Shown: positions 1 through 9,024 of the stretch, piece by piece
Position numbering within the stretch: position 1 is the first letter of the stretch
Layout: every line of letters starts with the position of its first letter
Assembly (NCBI GenBank): GCA_963847705.1
Contig: CAWKBC010000014.1
Location: 160,001-224,000 of the forward strand
Length of the DNA: 64,000 nucleotides
Direction: 5' to 3'
Source: an uncultured Pseudomonadota bacterium
GTDB taxonomy: Bacteria; Myxococcota_A; Polyangia; Fen-1088
Notes under the pieces: model-generated
The model's database searches: none
Seen by the model: the letters and a program-made list of their open reading frames with translations, nothing else
What the model was told of the DNA's origin: nothing
Made by a program: the position numbers and the translations under genes

Positions 1-499
1 GCTCGCCGCCGCGTGGCTTTCAGGCGAGGTGGTGATCGATCCGGAGAACGACTGGACCGCACCCGCTGCGCTCGAATCGGCGGCGGCAGCAGATGCACCC
101 AGCGGCGAGGTCGTCCTGCCCCCCGAGGGAGGCGAGCAGCCGGACGCCCTGGACGCTCGCTGGATCGCCATCCGCGACGCCAACATTCGCCCCTACCTCG
201 ACTGGCGCCCGGGCGTGGTGGTGCCGTTGCCACCGCTGGTCGTCCGCCCCGGACAACACGTGTCGCGCGGCCCACAACCGCAGCAGCACCACGCTGGCCC
301 CCCGCGCCACGGGGGACGGCCGGGCTACAACGGACCCGGACCGCGGCCCAACGGAGCCGGTGGTGGCGGCGGTGGTGGTGGAAATGGACGTCGGCGGCGC
401 GGACGCGATCGCGATCGCGACCGGCCGCGAAACGATCACGCTCGACACCGCGACCGCGGCCCTCGTCTGCCAGGCTTCTACAATCCCGGCGGCGATTAG
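1..499 (+). CDS. 3' end of a protein of unknown function with a Pro/Gly/Arg-rich low-complexity tail (5' truncated by window edge)
   Basis: Frame +2 open from the window start to TAG at 497-499; tail GGGGGGGGNGRRRRGRDRDRDR. Confidence 0.55.
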   Translation, partial: LAAAWLSGEVVIDPENDWTAPAALESAAAADAPSGEVVLPPEGGEQPDALDARWIAIRDANIRPYLDWRPGVVVPLPPLVVRPGQHVSRGPQPQQHHAGPPRHGGRPGYNGPGPRPNGAGGGGGGGGNGRRRRGRDRDRDRPRNDHARHRDRGPRLPGFYNPGGD

Positions 500-500
500 C

Positions 501-636
501 AACACGGAACCCTGAGAGGGTTCCTGCAACCTCCCGCCACGGGGTCGCGCGAGCAAAGCTCGTGTGACTACAACACACGAACCCTGAGAGGGTTCCTGCT
601 ACCTCCCGCGACCGGCTCGCACGAGCAAAGCTCGTG
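501..636. repeat. Two tandem ~72-bp palindromic REP-like units between convergent genes
   Basis: GAACCCTGAGAGGGTTC hairpin at 507 and 579; CGAGCAAAGCTCGTG in both units; period 72 bp. Confidence 0.8.
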
Positions 637-662
637 CGGGCACGCGCGCGATTGTGCTCCCT

Positions 663-1613
663 CTACGCGCGGAGCCAGGTGACGAAGCGGGCGATGCCCT
701 CTTCGATTGGAATCTTGGGCGCGTAGCCGAGCGCGCGTCCCGAGAGTGTGAGGTCGGCCAGCGTGCGCTTCATGTCCCCCGGCTGCTCCGGTCGCCACTC
801 GACGATCGGCTTCTTGCCGAGCGCCTGACCGAGCAGGTCGACCAACTCCAGCAGGGTCGTCGTGCGTGAGCCACCGAGATTGTAGATGCGGTGGCCGGGC
901 ACGGCGACCGGCTCGTCGATCGACGCCACGATGCCGTCGACGATATCGTCGATGAACGTATAGTCGCGGCTGCTGCTGCCGTCGCCGAACAGGGGAATCG
1001 GCTGCCCCGCGGCGATCAAGCGACCGAACTTGTGGATGGCCAGATCCGGCCGCTGGCGCGGGCCGTAGACGGTGAAGAAGCGCAGACAGGCGACGTCGAG
1101 CGCATACAGGTGATGCGCGGCGAACAGCAACAGCTCGCCCGAGCGCTTGGTCGACGCGTAGGGCGACACCGGCTTGAGGCAGGGATCGGACTCCTTGAAC
1201 GGCGGCTGACTGTCGAGCCCGTAGACCGACGACGACGAGGCAAAGACGAACCGGGGGACACCAGCCGCGCGGGCGGCGTCGATCATCCGCTGGGTGCCGA
1301 CCAGGTTCACGTCGGCGTAGCGCGCCGGCTCGGCCAGCGACGGCTGCACGCCCGCCAGGGCGGCCAGGTGCACCACCGCGTCGGGGCGCGCCCTCCCGAA
1401 CGCACCCGCCAGCGCCGCAGCGTCACGGACGTCGCCCTCGATGAGGGTGAACGCCGCGACGGACCGGAGCCGCGCCAGATTCTGATCCTTGGTCGCCCGC
1501 GGATAAAAGGGATCGAAGTTGTCGACGCCGACCACCTCGTCCCCACGCGCGCACAGCCGTTCGCAGAGATGCGACCCGATGAACCCGGCGGCGCCAGTGA
1601 CGAGGACTCGCAT
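663..1613 (-). CDS. NAD-dependent epimerase/dehydratase (UDP-glucuronate 4-epimerase-like)
   Basis: GAAGFIG Rossmann motif, ASSSSVYG, YASTK (YxxxK), RFFTVYGPRQRPD. Confidence 0.93.
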   Translation of the reverse strand: MRVLVTGAAGFIGSHLCERLCARGDEVVGVDNFDPFYPRATKDQNLARLRSVAAFTLIEGDVRDAAALAGAFGRARPDAVVHLAALAGVQPSLAEPARYADVNLVGTQRMIDAARAAGVPRFVFASSSSVYGLDSQPPFKESDPCLKPVSPYASTKRSGELLLFAAHHLYALDVACLRFFTVYGPRQRPDLAIHKFGRLIAAGQPIPLFGDGSSSRDYTFIDDIVDGIVASIDEPVAVPGHRIYNLGGSRTTTLLELVDLLGQALGKKPIVEWRPEQPGDMKRTLADLTLSGRALGYAPKIPIEEGIARFVTWLRA

Positions 1614-1619
1614 GGGCCG

Positions 1620-2405
1620 CTATGGTACACGCTCCGCGCCGGACGGCAGCCGGAGCGCGAGCAGAAACTCGACGTTCCCCTTCCCGCCCGTGATCGGCGA
1701 GACCGTGTCGGCGCCGACCTCGAAGCCGAGCGCATCGGCGGCCGCGCGCACCTCGGCCAGGGCGCGCGCCCGTGCCGCCTCGTCGCGCACGATCCCCCCT
1801 TTTCCGACGTCGGCGCGCCCGACTTCGAACTGCGGTTTGACGAGAGCGATCACCGGCGCCCCCGGCTTGGCGAACGGCGGCAGCGCCGGAAGCACCAGGC
1901 GCAGGGAAATGAACGACACGTCGATGACCACCAGATCGACCCGCGCCGGGAGCAGATCGGGCGGCGCGGTCCGGATGTTCGTCCGGTCGATCACCCGCAC
2001 CCGCGGATCCGAGGCCACCTTCCAGTCGAGCTGCCCATGCCCCACGTCCACGCAGGTGACGTGCGTGGCCCCGCGCTGCAGCAGGCAGTCGGTGAAGCCG
2101 CCCGTCGACGCCCCGACGTCGAGCGCGCTGAGCCCCCGGGGATCGACAGCGAACGTGTCGAGCGCGTGCGCCAGCTTGAGCCCGCCGCGCGACACGAACG
2201 GCATCGGCCCCGAGCGCAGCCGCAGCTCGGCGTCCGCATCGACCAGATCCCCGGCCTTGTCGATCGGCAGATCGCCCGCCAGCACCTCTCCGGCCAGGAT
2301 CAGAGCGCGCGCCTTTTCGCGCGAGGGTGCCAATCCCTGCTCGACCAGCGCCAGGTCCGCACGCAGGCGCTTGGGGGCCGGGCTGCGCGCGCCGGGCGGG
2401 TTCAT
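1620..2405 (-). CDS. tlyA: TlyA family rRNA 2'-O-methyltransferase (S4 + FtsJ domains)
   Basis: SREKARALILAG (S4), FVSRGGLKL, LDVGASTGGFTDCLLQRGA, DVSFISL, LVKPQFE. Confidence 0.95.
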   Translation of the reverse strand: MNPPGARSPAPKRLRADLALVEQGLAPSREKARALILAGEVLAGDLPIDKAGDLVDADAELRLRSGPMPFVSRGGLKLAHALDTFAVDPRGLSALDVGASTGGFTDCLLQRGATHVTCVDVGHGQLDWKVASDPRVRVIDRTNIRTAPPDLLPARVDLVVIDVSFISLRLVLPALPPFAKPGAPVIALVKPQFEVGRADVGKGGIVRDEAARARALAEVRAAADALGFEVGADTVSPITGGKGNVEFLLALRLPSGAERVP

Positions 2406-2487
2406 GGCGCGATGATAGCGCCGCGTCAGCGCACCAACGTAAGGGAAACACCTAGCCTTCGTGCGCGTCGTCCCCATGTTCTGTGAA

Positions 2488-2787
2488 ATGAAACGAACTC
2501 TGCCGTTGTTTGTATTCCTCTTTCTCGGCGCCTTCGCCCTGGGCAGCTCGATCAGCTGCGACTCGATCGACGAGGCCTTCGACTGCTCGCAGGTCTGCGG
2601 TCGCTACCGCGACTGCTACGACAGCTCGTACGACGTCGACGCCTGCGAGAGCCGCTGTCGGACGAACGCGGCGAACGACCCCAACGTCAAGGCCGCCGCC
2701 GACGCCTGCGACTCCTGCATCGGCGACAAGTCCTGCCTCTCGGCCACGTTCAACTGCGCCAGCAGCTGCGGCTCGATCGTCCCCTGA
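2488..2787 (+). CDS. Small Cys-rich secreted/lipoprotein
   Basis: Signal peptide MKRTLPLFVFLFLGAFALGSSISC and many paired Cys. Confidence 0.75.
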   Translation: MKRTLPLFVFLFLGAFALGSSISCDSIDEAFDCSQVCGRYRDCYDSSYDVDACESRCRTNAANDPNVKAAADACDSCIGDKSCLSATFNCASSCGSIVP

Positions 2788-2867
2788 CCCGGGCCGTCGG
2801 CGCCGGTTGACCTGCGGCGGGCTGGCGGGCCCCAGATCGACCTGTGCCGCGCCCGCGCAGACGCAGG

Positions 2868-2895
2868 TTGCAAAGCAAGCGCCCCTGCGTAGAAT
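2868..2895 (+). promoter_or_regulatory. Sigma70-type promoter of the tRNA gene
   Basis: TTGCAA (2868-2873), 16-bp spacer, TAGAAT (2890-2895), ~30 bp upstream of the tRNA. Confidence 0.6.
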
Positions 2896-2926
2896 GTCGC
2901 CGCGTTCGAGCTTGGTCGGACGCGTT

Positions 2927-2999
2927 GGGGATGTAGCTCAGCTGGGAGAGCGCCTGAATCGCACTCAGGAGGCCGACGGTTCGATCCCGTTCATCTCCA
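2927..2999 (+). tRNA. tRNA-Ala(CGC), CCA not encoded
   Basis: Acceptor GGGGATG/CATCTCC with G3:U70; D arm GCTC/GAGC; anticodon arm CCTGA-ATCGCAC-TCAGG; T loop TTCGATC. Confidence 0.96.
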
Positions 3000-3006
3000 C
3001 GATTTT
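2956..3006 (+). repeat. attL core (tRNA-Ala 3' half)
   Basis: GAATCGCACTCAGGAGGCCGACGGTTCGATCCCGTTCATCTCCACGATTTT, identical to 28608-28658. Confidence 0.95.
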
Positions 3007-4158
3007 CTTACTGTTTTTTCTGACACGGGGCTCCGCGGTAATGAAATTCTGCGAATCATTACCGCGGCTGGGGATGGCGGACCGATTGTTTCGAGGTGCG
3101 TGAGTGCGTCCGCCGGCTAGCACGGTGAGCACCCGCCGCTGGTCCGCGCCGGTGATCGCCTCGCGCGCGATGTAGCTTTCGCGCGACGTGGTCTCCGACT
3201 CGTGGCCGAGGGCCTGCGCCACGGCGTGGGTAGTGGCGCCCCGCTCCACCGCGAGCGTGCCGTGAAGGCCGCGCATCCCGTGCGCGGTCACCTCTGGCAC
3301 CTTCGCCGCTTTGCAGATTCGCTGCACCCATTCCCGTGGCCAGTCCCTCCAGTGCTGCCCGAAGAGCGAATCCGTGGGCCCTTTCCTTTCGGCGATCTTC
3401 TGCAGGTACGGCTGCAGAACCTCGGGGACCGGAAGCGTCCGCTTGCCCGCCTCCGTCTTCGTCTCAGGGATCCAGAGCAACCGTCCCTCGTCGTCCAGAT
3501 CGCGCACGATCCGGCTGACGATCTCCGACGCCCGCATCCCCATCAGCAACGACATCATCGCCGCCACTGCCCCTTCTTCCCCCTGATCGGCGAACTGAAG
3601 AGCCTTCGCCTGCCACCTCCGCGCCTCGTCGATCCGGAGCTGGGCTTTCCCATGCCTCCGCCTGCCCACCCCGGTCACCTCTTCCAACGGGTTGCGCGCG
3701 ATCCACCGCTTCCCCACGCACCACTTCAGGAACGACTTCGCCTCCGCGAGGATGTTCCGGTGCGAGTCGACGGCGAGCGGACGCTTCGTCGTCGGCCTCG
3801 GGCGCGTCCGCAGGTCCTCGTAGTAACCCCTGCAGCGAGCCGGCGTGAGATCGTCGAGCGGGAGATCATCCTCGTGGAAGAAGATCCCCAGTCGCCACGA
3901 GGTGGCCTCGATCGATCGCTGTTTGTTCCCCTTGTCGTCCCGCATATACGCCTCGTACTTCTCCCGCGCTTCCCCGATCGTCCGCTCCCCGCCTTTCGCG
4001 AGCTCCCTCCTCAACGATCGGACGACCTGTTTCGCTTCCTCTTCGCTTTCATAGTCCGTAACAGTCTTCTCGCCTCCTGCTGAGACCAGGAGGACTCTCC
4101 ATCGTCTGTAGTGTCGATATGGTCCGAGCACCCGCTCGGGTTTGCTTCTTCGCGCCAT
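2965..4158 (-). CDS. Tyrosine recombinase/integrase
   Basis: Catalytic set GMRASE (R), TKT (K), HGMR (HxxR), LGH, SY (Y); adjacent to tRNA att. Confidence 0.93.
   Translation of the reverse strand: MARRSKPERVLGPYRHYRRWRVLLVSAGGEKTVTDYESEEEAKQVVRSLRRELAKGGERTIGEAREKYEAYMRDDKGNKQRSIEATSWRLGIFFHEDDLPLDDLTPARCRGYYEDLRTRPRPTTKRPLAVDSHRNILAEAKSFLKWCVGKRWIARNPLEEVTGVGRRRHGKAQLRIDEARRWQAKALQFADQGEEGAVAAMMSLLMGMRASEIVSRIVRDLDDEGRLLWIPETKTEAGKRTLPVPEVLQPYLQKIAERKGPTDSLFGQHWRDWPREWVQRICKAAKVPEVTAHGMRGLHGTLAVERGATTHAVAQALGHESETTSRESYIAREAITGADQRRVLTVLAGGRTHAPRNNRSAIPSRGNDSQNFITAEPRVRKNSKKIVEMNGIEPSAS
3033..3067. promoter_or_regulatory. 12-bp inverted repeat; candidate integrase arm sites or tRNA terminator
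   Basis: CCGCGGTAATGA-N11-TCATTACCGCGG; GCGGTAA/TTACCGC recurs at 28516-28522 and 28558-28564 next to attR. Confidence 0.55.
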
Positions 4159-4515
4159 GGGTCCATCTCCTTTCGCAGGCGCGGAGAAACGTCAGCGGCA
4201 TCGACGCTACCACGACCCGATATGACCGGAGCCAGCAGTCTGGCCAGTAGGGGAGCCAACACCTCCGCCAAGCGACGCACGTCACCAAAGCTCAGCTCGG
4301 GCGTCTCCGCATCCTCGACGGACGACGACCCGGTCTTGGTGGCGCCGGCGCTCACCGCAGAGATCTCCGTGCCCAATCGCGTAAGCAACTCAGATCGCTG
4401 GCCCCCGATAAGGGAACGTCCGGGACGCCGCGCACCTTTTCGTGCACGGCGTCCCGGATGAACCGGCGAAGGAGCTCTGCGAGGGTCACGTCTGAATCCA
4501 AGGTGATGAATGTTT

Positions 4516-4941
4516 TCAGCTGCTCGTCTGCGACCCGATCCGACCGTCACGCCCATTTGGCGGTGGGAGAGCGGTTGGCGCGGTTGCCGTCCGGGTGACC
4601 GGAGAAGGCGACGACGCGGCCGGTGCAGCGGCAAGGGCGGAAGGCTCGGTTTCTGCCGTCCCTACTGCCCGACCGCCCGTTCGCTTGTGCTCCTGCCAGC
4701 ACTTGTCGCGGGCGAAGACGTCGCGGAGCGCGAAGTCGATGGTCTTGGACATGGCCTCGGCAGGTGTCAGCTTCGCGGGTGCCGACTCCCTCACCCATAC
4801 GGCGTAGGCGCTCAGCTCCTGCGCGGTATCCGCGGAAACCTCGGTGAGGATTGTCTCTCGCTTTTGAGTGCCTTCCAGGACCAGCGGTCCGGTGCGGGGA
4901 TCGGATTTGGGTCTGCCAGCTTTCTTCTTCGTGCTTTCCAT
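4516..4941 (-). CDS. Hypothetical DNA-binding protein of the mobility module
   Basis: KKKAGRPK AT-hook-like start; downstream of and co-oriented with the relaxase. Confidence 0.6.
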   Translation of the reverse strand: MESTKKKAGRPKSDPRTGPLVLEGTQKRETILTEVSADTAQELSAYAVWVRESAPAKLTPAEAMSKTIDFALRDVFARDKCWQEHKRTGGRAVGTAETEPSALAAAPAASSPSPVTRTATAPTALPPPNGRDGRIGSQTSS

Positions 4942-4989
4942 GGATGCGTTCCTTTCTTGGTGGGTGCAGGTCCGTGCGCTCCGCACGGC

Positions 4990-6747
4990 TCAGCGGGAAA
5001 TCTCCGGACTGATCTGAATCGAAAGGCGGCCCACGGGATCACGCGCGACGGTCACGACCTTTGCCCGCAGCCGCTCGGCGTCCTTGGGTTTCGGAACAAG
5101 CGCGAGCTGGCGGTGCCGATAGTCGACAACCTGGACGTACTCGGTTCCGGACGGACCCGCTGGCGCTGGAACCAGCTGTCCCCTGAATCGCTGAGGATTG
5201 GCCACGAAGGCCAGCCCAAGCCGTTGGGCGGCCCCCTCACCGATCGTCACCCGTTCCTTTTCCAGGTCGGTGATGAGCGGCGCTGCGGGCTCCCTCTTAG
5301 CGGGCGAGAACTTGTCGATCTGAAGGCGGGGGCGAGAGTGCGTCCGTTCCCTCGACTCCAACTGGGCGATCAGGTCAGATGGGACCCGCCATCGCCCCTC
5401 TGGCAGTTGACTGGCCAACCCATACGCCAACAGGCGTTCGAGTCGACGGACATTTCCCTCGACGAGATTCGCCGGCGACAGGGCGTCCGCGTCGGACTTC
5501 GTGGCCTGCTTGGTTTCGAGCTCCCGCTGATGCTCCCGCGGGGCATACACGCCGCCATTTTCTTTGGCGACTTGAGCGATGGCCTTGTCGGCGGCCTTCA
5601 GCCAATCTTCGGCCTTGAAGCCCACTCTGATCGTGTCCCCCCGGTGCAGGGTCTCCGCGACCTCGGGCCGAATCGGGATGTAATAGCCTTGGCCGTGGGT
5701 CGCCTGCACAGCGACGAACATCTCGCCGGACAACTCGTCATGAAGGCCCTTGCCGACTACGACGGCTCCGAAATTGGACAGGGGCAGTTTCGGATCGACG
5801 AACTGATATTCGGCTGCCTTCTCGCCGACGATGGGATACAGCCGCTCGATGCGGTCGTTCTGCTCGCCCAGGCGGGTAAGCGTTTCCTTCCACCCGCCGG
5901 TCAGACGCCACACCCCGGGTCGCTCTTCGACCGCCAGCTTGAGTTCGGTGAGGGTCTGAAGCCGTGCCACGCAATTCCGACCCTCTGGCCCCGGTCGGGC
6001 GAGCAGCTTCTTGAGAGTCACCGTGCCGTCAGGCTGAACATGCTCGGTCAGAAATCGGTCGACCATGGTGACGCGCTCGACTCCAATTTCCGCCTCGCGC
6101 GCCCGGGAATATTCGAGCTCCGTCCTGGGCCCCAGCTCGCGCGTGACAATTTCCTGCGCCCGCCAGCGCATCTGGTGCTTGATGTAAGCGGAGTCGATTC
6201 GGACGTCGTCACCATCGACGTCGACGCCTCGGACGTCGATATGGACGTGGGGGTTATCGGTGTTGTGATGATTGACGGCGGCCCAGATGAGACGCCGCCC
6301 GAGGTCGTTTTCGACCTGGTTCATCAACCGGCGGGCGAATTCTTTCAGGTCGAGCTCATCCCCATCTTCGGGGGAAACGATGAATCGAAATTGCCGCTCC
6401 TCACCGGCCAGAGGGGCACGAAAGGCATCCCAATCGAACCCATCGTCCGCTCCGTAAAGACGTCCCGGAGAGCCGTCTCGTTCGACGCCGTCGCGTTCCA
6501 GGTACGCGAGGTGGCGCCTCATCCCCGCAAGACCCTGCTTTCCCAGCGTTGCGTACCTGCTCTTGATCACGCATCGCCGACTACTTTCTGCCGGCGTATG
6601 AACCGCCACGCGGGCCGGGCGGGCGGCCTTTCTCGCGAGTCGCCGAAATCCACCCCCGGGCGACGGCACACGATCCGGGCTGCGTCGGCGCCGACCAATT
6701 CGGGGGCGAAATGGCTCCTCTGGATCGCCGAGATTCCAGGTGCTCAT
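4990..6747 (-). CDS. Relaxase, MOBP/VirD2-like with DUF3363-type C-terminus
   Basis: HLAYLERDG (catalytic Tyr), FRFIVSPEDG, HHNTDNPHVH (3H motif), RAQEIVTRELGPR, GLHDEL. Confidence 0.88.
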   Translation of the reverse strand: MSTWNLGDPEEPFRPRIGRRRRSPDRVPSPGGGFRRLARKAARPARVAVHTPAESSRRCVIKSRYATLGKQGLAGMRRHLAYLERDGVERDGSPGRLYGADDGFDWDAFRAPLAGEERQFRFIVSPEDGDELDLKEFARRLMNQVENDLGRRLIWAAVNHHNTDNPHVHIDVRGVDVDGDDVRIDSAYIKHQMRWRAQEIVTRELGPRTELEYSRAREAEIGVERVTMVDRFLTEHVQPDGTVTLKKLLARPGPEGRNCVARLQTLTELKLAVEERPGVWRLTGGWKETLTRLGEQNDRIERLYPIVGEKAAEYQFVDPKLPLSNFGAVVVGKGLHDELSGEMFVAVQATHGQGYYIPIRPEVAETLHRGDTIRVGFKAEDWLKAADKAIAQVAKENGGVYAPREHQRELETKQATKSDADALSPANLVEGNVRRLERLLAYGLASQLPEGRWRVPSDLIAQLESRERTHSRPRLQIDKFSPAKREPAAPLITDLEKERVTIGEGAAQRLGLAFVANPQRFRGQLVPAPAGPSGTEYVQVVDYRHRQLALVPKPKDAERLRAKVVTVARDPVGRLSIQISPEISR

Positions 6748-7208
6748 CGGCCTGGCCCTTTCCCACTGTCACTAACGCCAACCGCTCCCGAACCAGGACG
6801 AGGTGGGACGCGATCGCCCGTTGGCGGGAAGACCTCGCCGGTAAACCTGCGGCCGGCGCTGAACTTCCTCCCGGCCCCGCGCAGTAGCTCGCTGTACAAC
6901 TTCTCCGCCCGCTGCACCGACTCCGGCGTCGGGGGCTGCGTCGGCAGAAAACGGCACCACAGCTCGGTGTAGTGTGCGAACGCCATCGCCAACAGCTCGA
7001 GGGTGTTCTGAAGCCGTTCGAGCCGCTGGGTCAGGGTATCGAGGCGCGATCCGACAAGGTCGACGTCACCTCGTTCGCCTGCCAGGAAGCGCTCATATGC
7101 CTCTTTCGTGAACGCGCTGCGTGTCCATCCCCTCGCGGATGCATAGGCCTGGACCTTCTTCCGCAACTCGGGGTGGACGTAGGATTGCTCTCGGACTTTG
7201 TGACGCAT
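6744..7208 (-). CDS. Ribbon-helix-helix relaxosome accessory protein (MobC/CopG-like)
   Basis: EQSYVHPELRKKVQAYASARGWTRSAFTKEAYERFL RHH pattern plus coiled coil; ATGA overlap with relaxase. Confidence 0.7.
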   Translation of the reverse strand: MRHKVREQSYVHPELRKKVQAYASARGWTRSAFTKEAYERFLAGERGDVDLVGSRLDTLTQRLERLQNTLELLAMAFAHYTELWCRFLPTQPPTPESVQRAEKLYSELLRGAGRKFSAGRRFTGEVFPPTGDRVPPRPGSGAVGVSDSGKGPGR

Positions 7209-7373
7209 CTCTTGCTCCTGGTGTTGGTCTGCTCGGGGTCGTTCTCGGCAACTGGGCGGCAAAAGCGACCAGCTTTCTTCTGACGCGGTTACGTTTTCGG
7301 TCCCTTGCATCACCCTTCTCGGCAACCCGCCTACGAATGGAACTGGGATTCTTCTGGTGGCTCTCTTTCGTCA

Positions 7374-7850
7374 CTGCACGCCGGAGTTGTCGAGAGGAGG
7401 CCCGAAAAAGGGACCAACTTTCGTCGGCGCACCGGATCTTTTTTTCGCTGCTCACCGGGGGTTATCGGCCAACCGCGAAATTTTTGACCTGCACGCCGGA
7501 GTTGTCGGACCGGAGCCGAAAGAACCGACCTCCTTTCTTTCGATTCACGGGGCGCTCAGCGACTGGGTGCGCCCGCCGGCCATTGGGAACCTTCTTGGGG
7601 AACCGTTACTGACCTGTACGGTTCTCGTGGCGAGATGCCCCACCGTTGCCGGCGTGCGCGGCCGCCCGAACGGATCAGCGGCGGGCGCTCAAGAAACCGC
7701 TGAATTCGCGGGTGACTCCCACGAAAGTCCAGTCTTGGCGCGGCCTTCGGCGCACGTGAGCGCCAGCCCGAAAGGCGTGCCTCTATACTTTTCCGAGTGA
7801 ACGCGCCCGCTTAGGGCGGCGTGAACTCCGACCCTTTATCTTGCAGTCCC
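7374..7850. promoter_or_regulatory. Candidate oriT region
   Basis: 19-bp direct repeats CTGCACGCCGGAGTTGTCG (7374-7392, 7489-7507); imperfect hairpin then TATCTTGC (7837-7844) resembling the MOBP nic site TATCCTGC. Confidence 0.5.
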
Positions 7851-7903
7851 AGTCCCTGTGCTAACCCATCTGTCGGATCCCCGATTTTCCCGCGTAGCAA
7901 ACT

Positions 7904-8719
7904 CTACGTTCGGCGACCGGTCCTTCGGCGCCATCGGGGCTCACGTCTGACTCCCCGGCGCCTACGCCGGGGCCGTCGAGTCTTAGAAAGGGAGCGGCGT
8001 GCTTTCCGCGCTCGCTTGATTTCGTACATCGCCGCATCGGCCCGCTTGACTACCTCGTCGAGCGATTCTGTCTCTTCATCGAACACGTGAACCCCACCAC
8101 TGAGCCCGACAGTAATGCCCGCGGCGCTAATGAGGGCGTGAAGGCCGCAGTTCTTTGACACGACAGCGACGATCCTGTCACGGACGGCTTCGGCCCATGT
8201 CCGGTCGTGATCGGGCAACAACACGACTACCTCATCACCGCCCCAGCAGTAAGCCTCACCGGGCCACTTCACGACTGATGCGACGCTTTTGAAATAAATC
8301 TGCAGGATTTCGTCGCCGACGTCGTGGCCGAGGCGATCGTTGATCGCCTTCATCCCGTCGAGGTCCAGAAAAAGGAGTGCGTGGGTCGTTCCGCTAACCC
8401 ACTCAAGTTGCTCTGGGCCGTTCGTTTTGACGAACCGGCGGTCGAACAAGATCCCAAACTTCTCTCTCAGAAGGTCTGGCGCCGCCGCAATTGTACGCGC
8501 AATCTCCTCCTTCGGCATCGACTCGGCTTTGAGCAGGACCCTTCCCTCTTCGTCGAGCAAGGCAGCTCCCCCGCCGGCTGTCTCCGTCCATCGCCATCTG
8601 GGCCCCTGGGCTTGCTCCTGGTCAGGGTGCGCCAGCTTTGCCATCGACCTGTTGAGCCGGCGTAACTCATCGACCGAGCGGTTTAGATGGTCGAGCAGCC
8701 CCTTTTTGGGTTTGGCCAT
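7904..8719 (-). CDS. GGDEF-domain protein (diguanylate cyclase-like)
   Basis: FLDLDGMKAINDRLGHDVGDEIL, WGGDEV, RADAAMYEIK. Confidence 0.85.
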   Translation of the reverse strand: MAKPKKGLLDHLNRSVDELRRLNRSMAKLAHPDQEQAQGPRWRWTETAGGGAALLDEEGRVLLKAESMPKEEIARTIAAAPDLLREKFGILFDRRFVKTNGPEQLEWVSGTTHALLFLDLDGMKAINDRLGHDVGDEILQIYFKSVASVVKWPGEAYCWGGDEVVVLLPDHDRTWAEAVRDRIVAVVSKNCGLHALISAAGITVGLSGGVHVFDEETESLDEVVKRADAAMYEIKRARKARRSLSKTRRPRRRRRGVRREPRWRRRTGRRT

Positions 8720-9024
8720 TCGCCTATAGGAATGACACTTGGATATGGGTCATTTCAAGTCTGGGCCGCGCCTACTCCTGATGATGCAGTCTCGAGATCA
8801 GAGAGGTCCGATCTCGGCCTGAACTTCTGATTCAAGGTCGGTGAGGCCGCTCTCCGCGCGCTGGCCGCAGCGGCTCAGCCTTCCTCATGCGGATAAGGTC
8901 GCGGCGACCGTGCAGGCCCTGCGCAAATCCGGCGCTCCCGAGGCAGACATTGAGGCATTCATCGAGGGGCAGGCGGCGTGAACGAGATTTCCGTGCACGT
9001 CACAGGGCCCGTGGAGTGCTGACT

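Noticed and set aside
4510-6972. 820-aa + strand ORF
   Set aside because: Shadow of the relaxase on the opposite strand; no motifs; long antisense ORFs are expected at this GC content.
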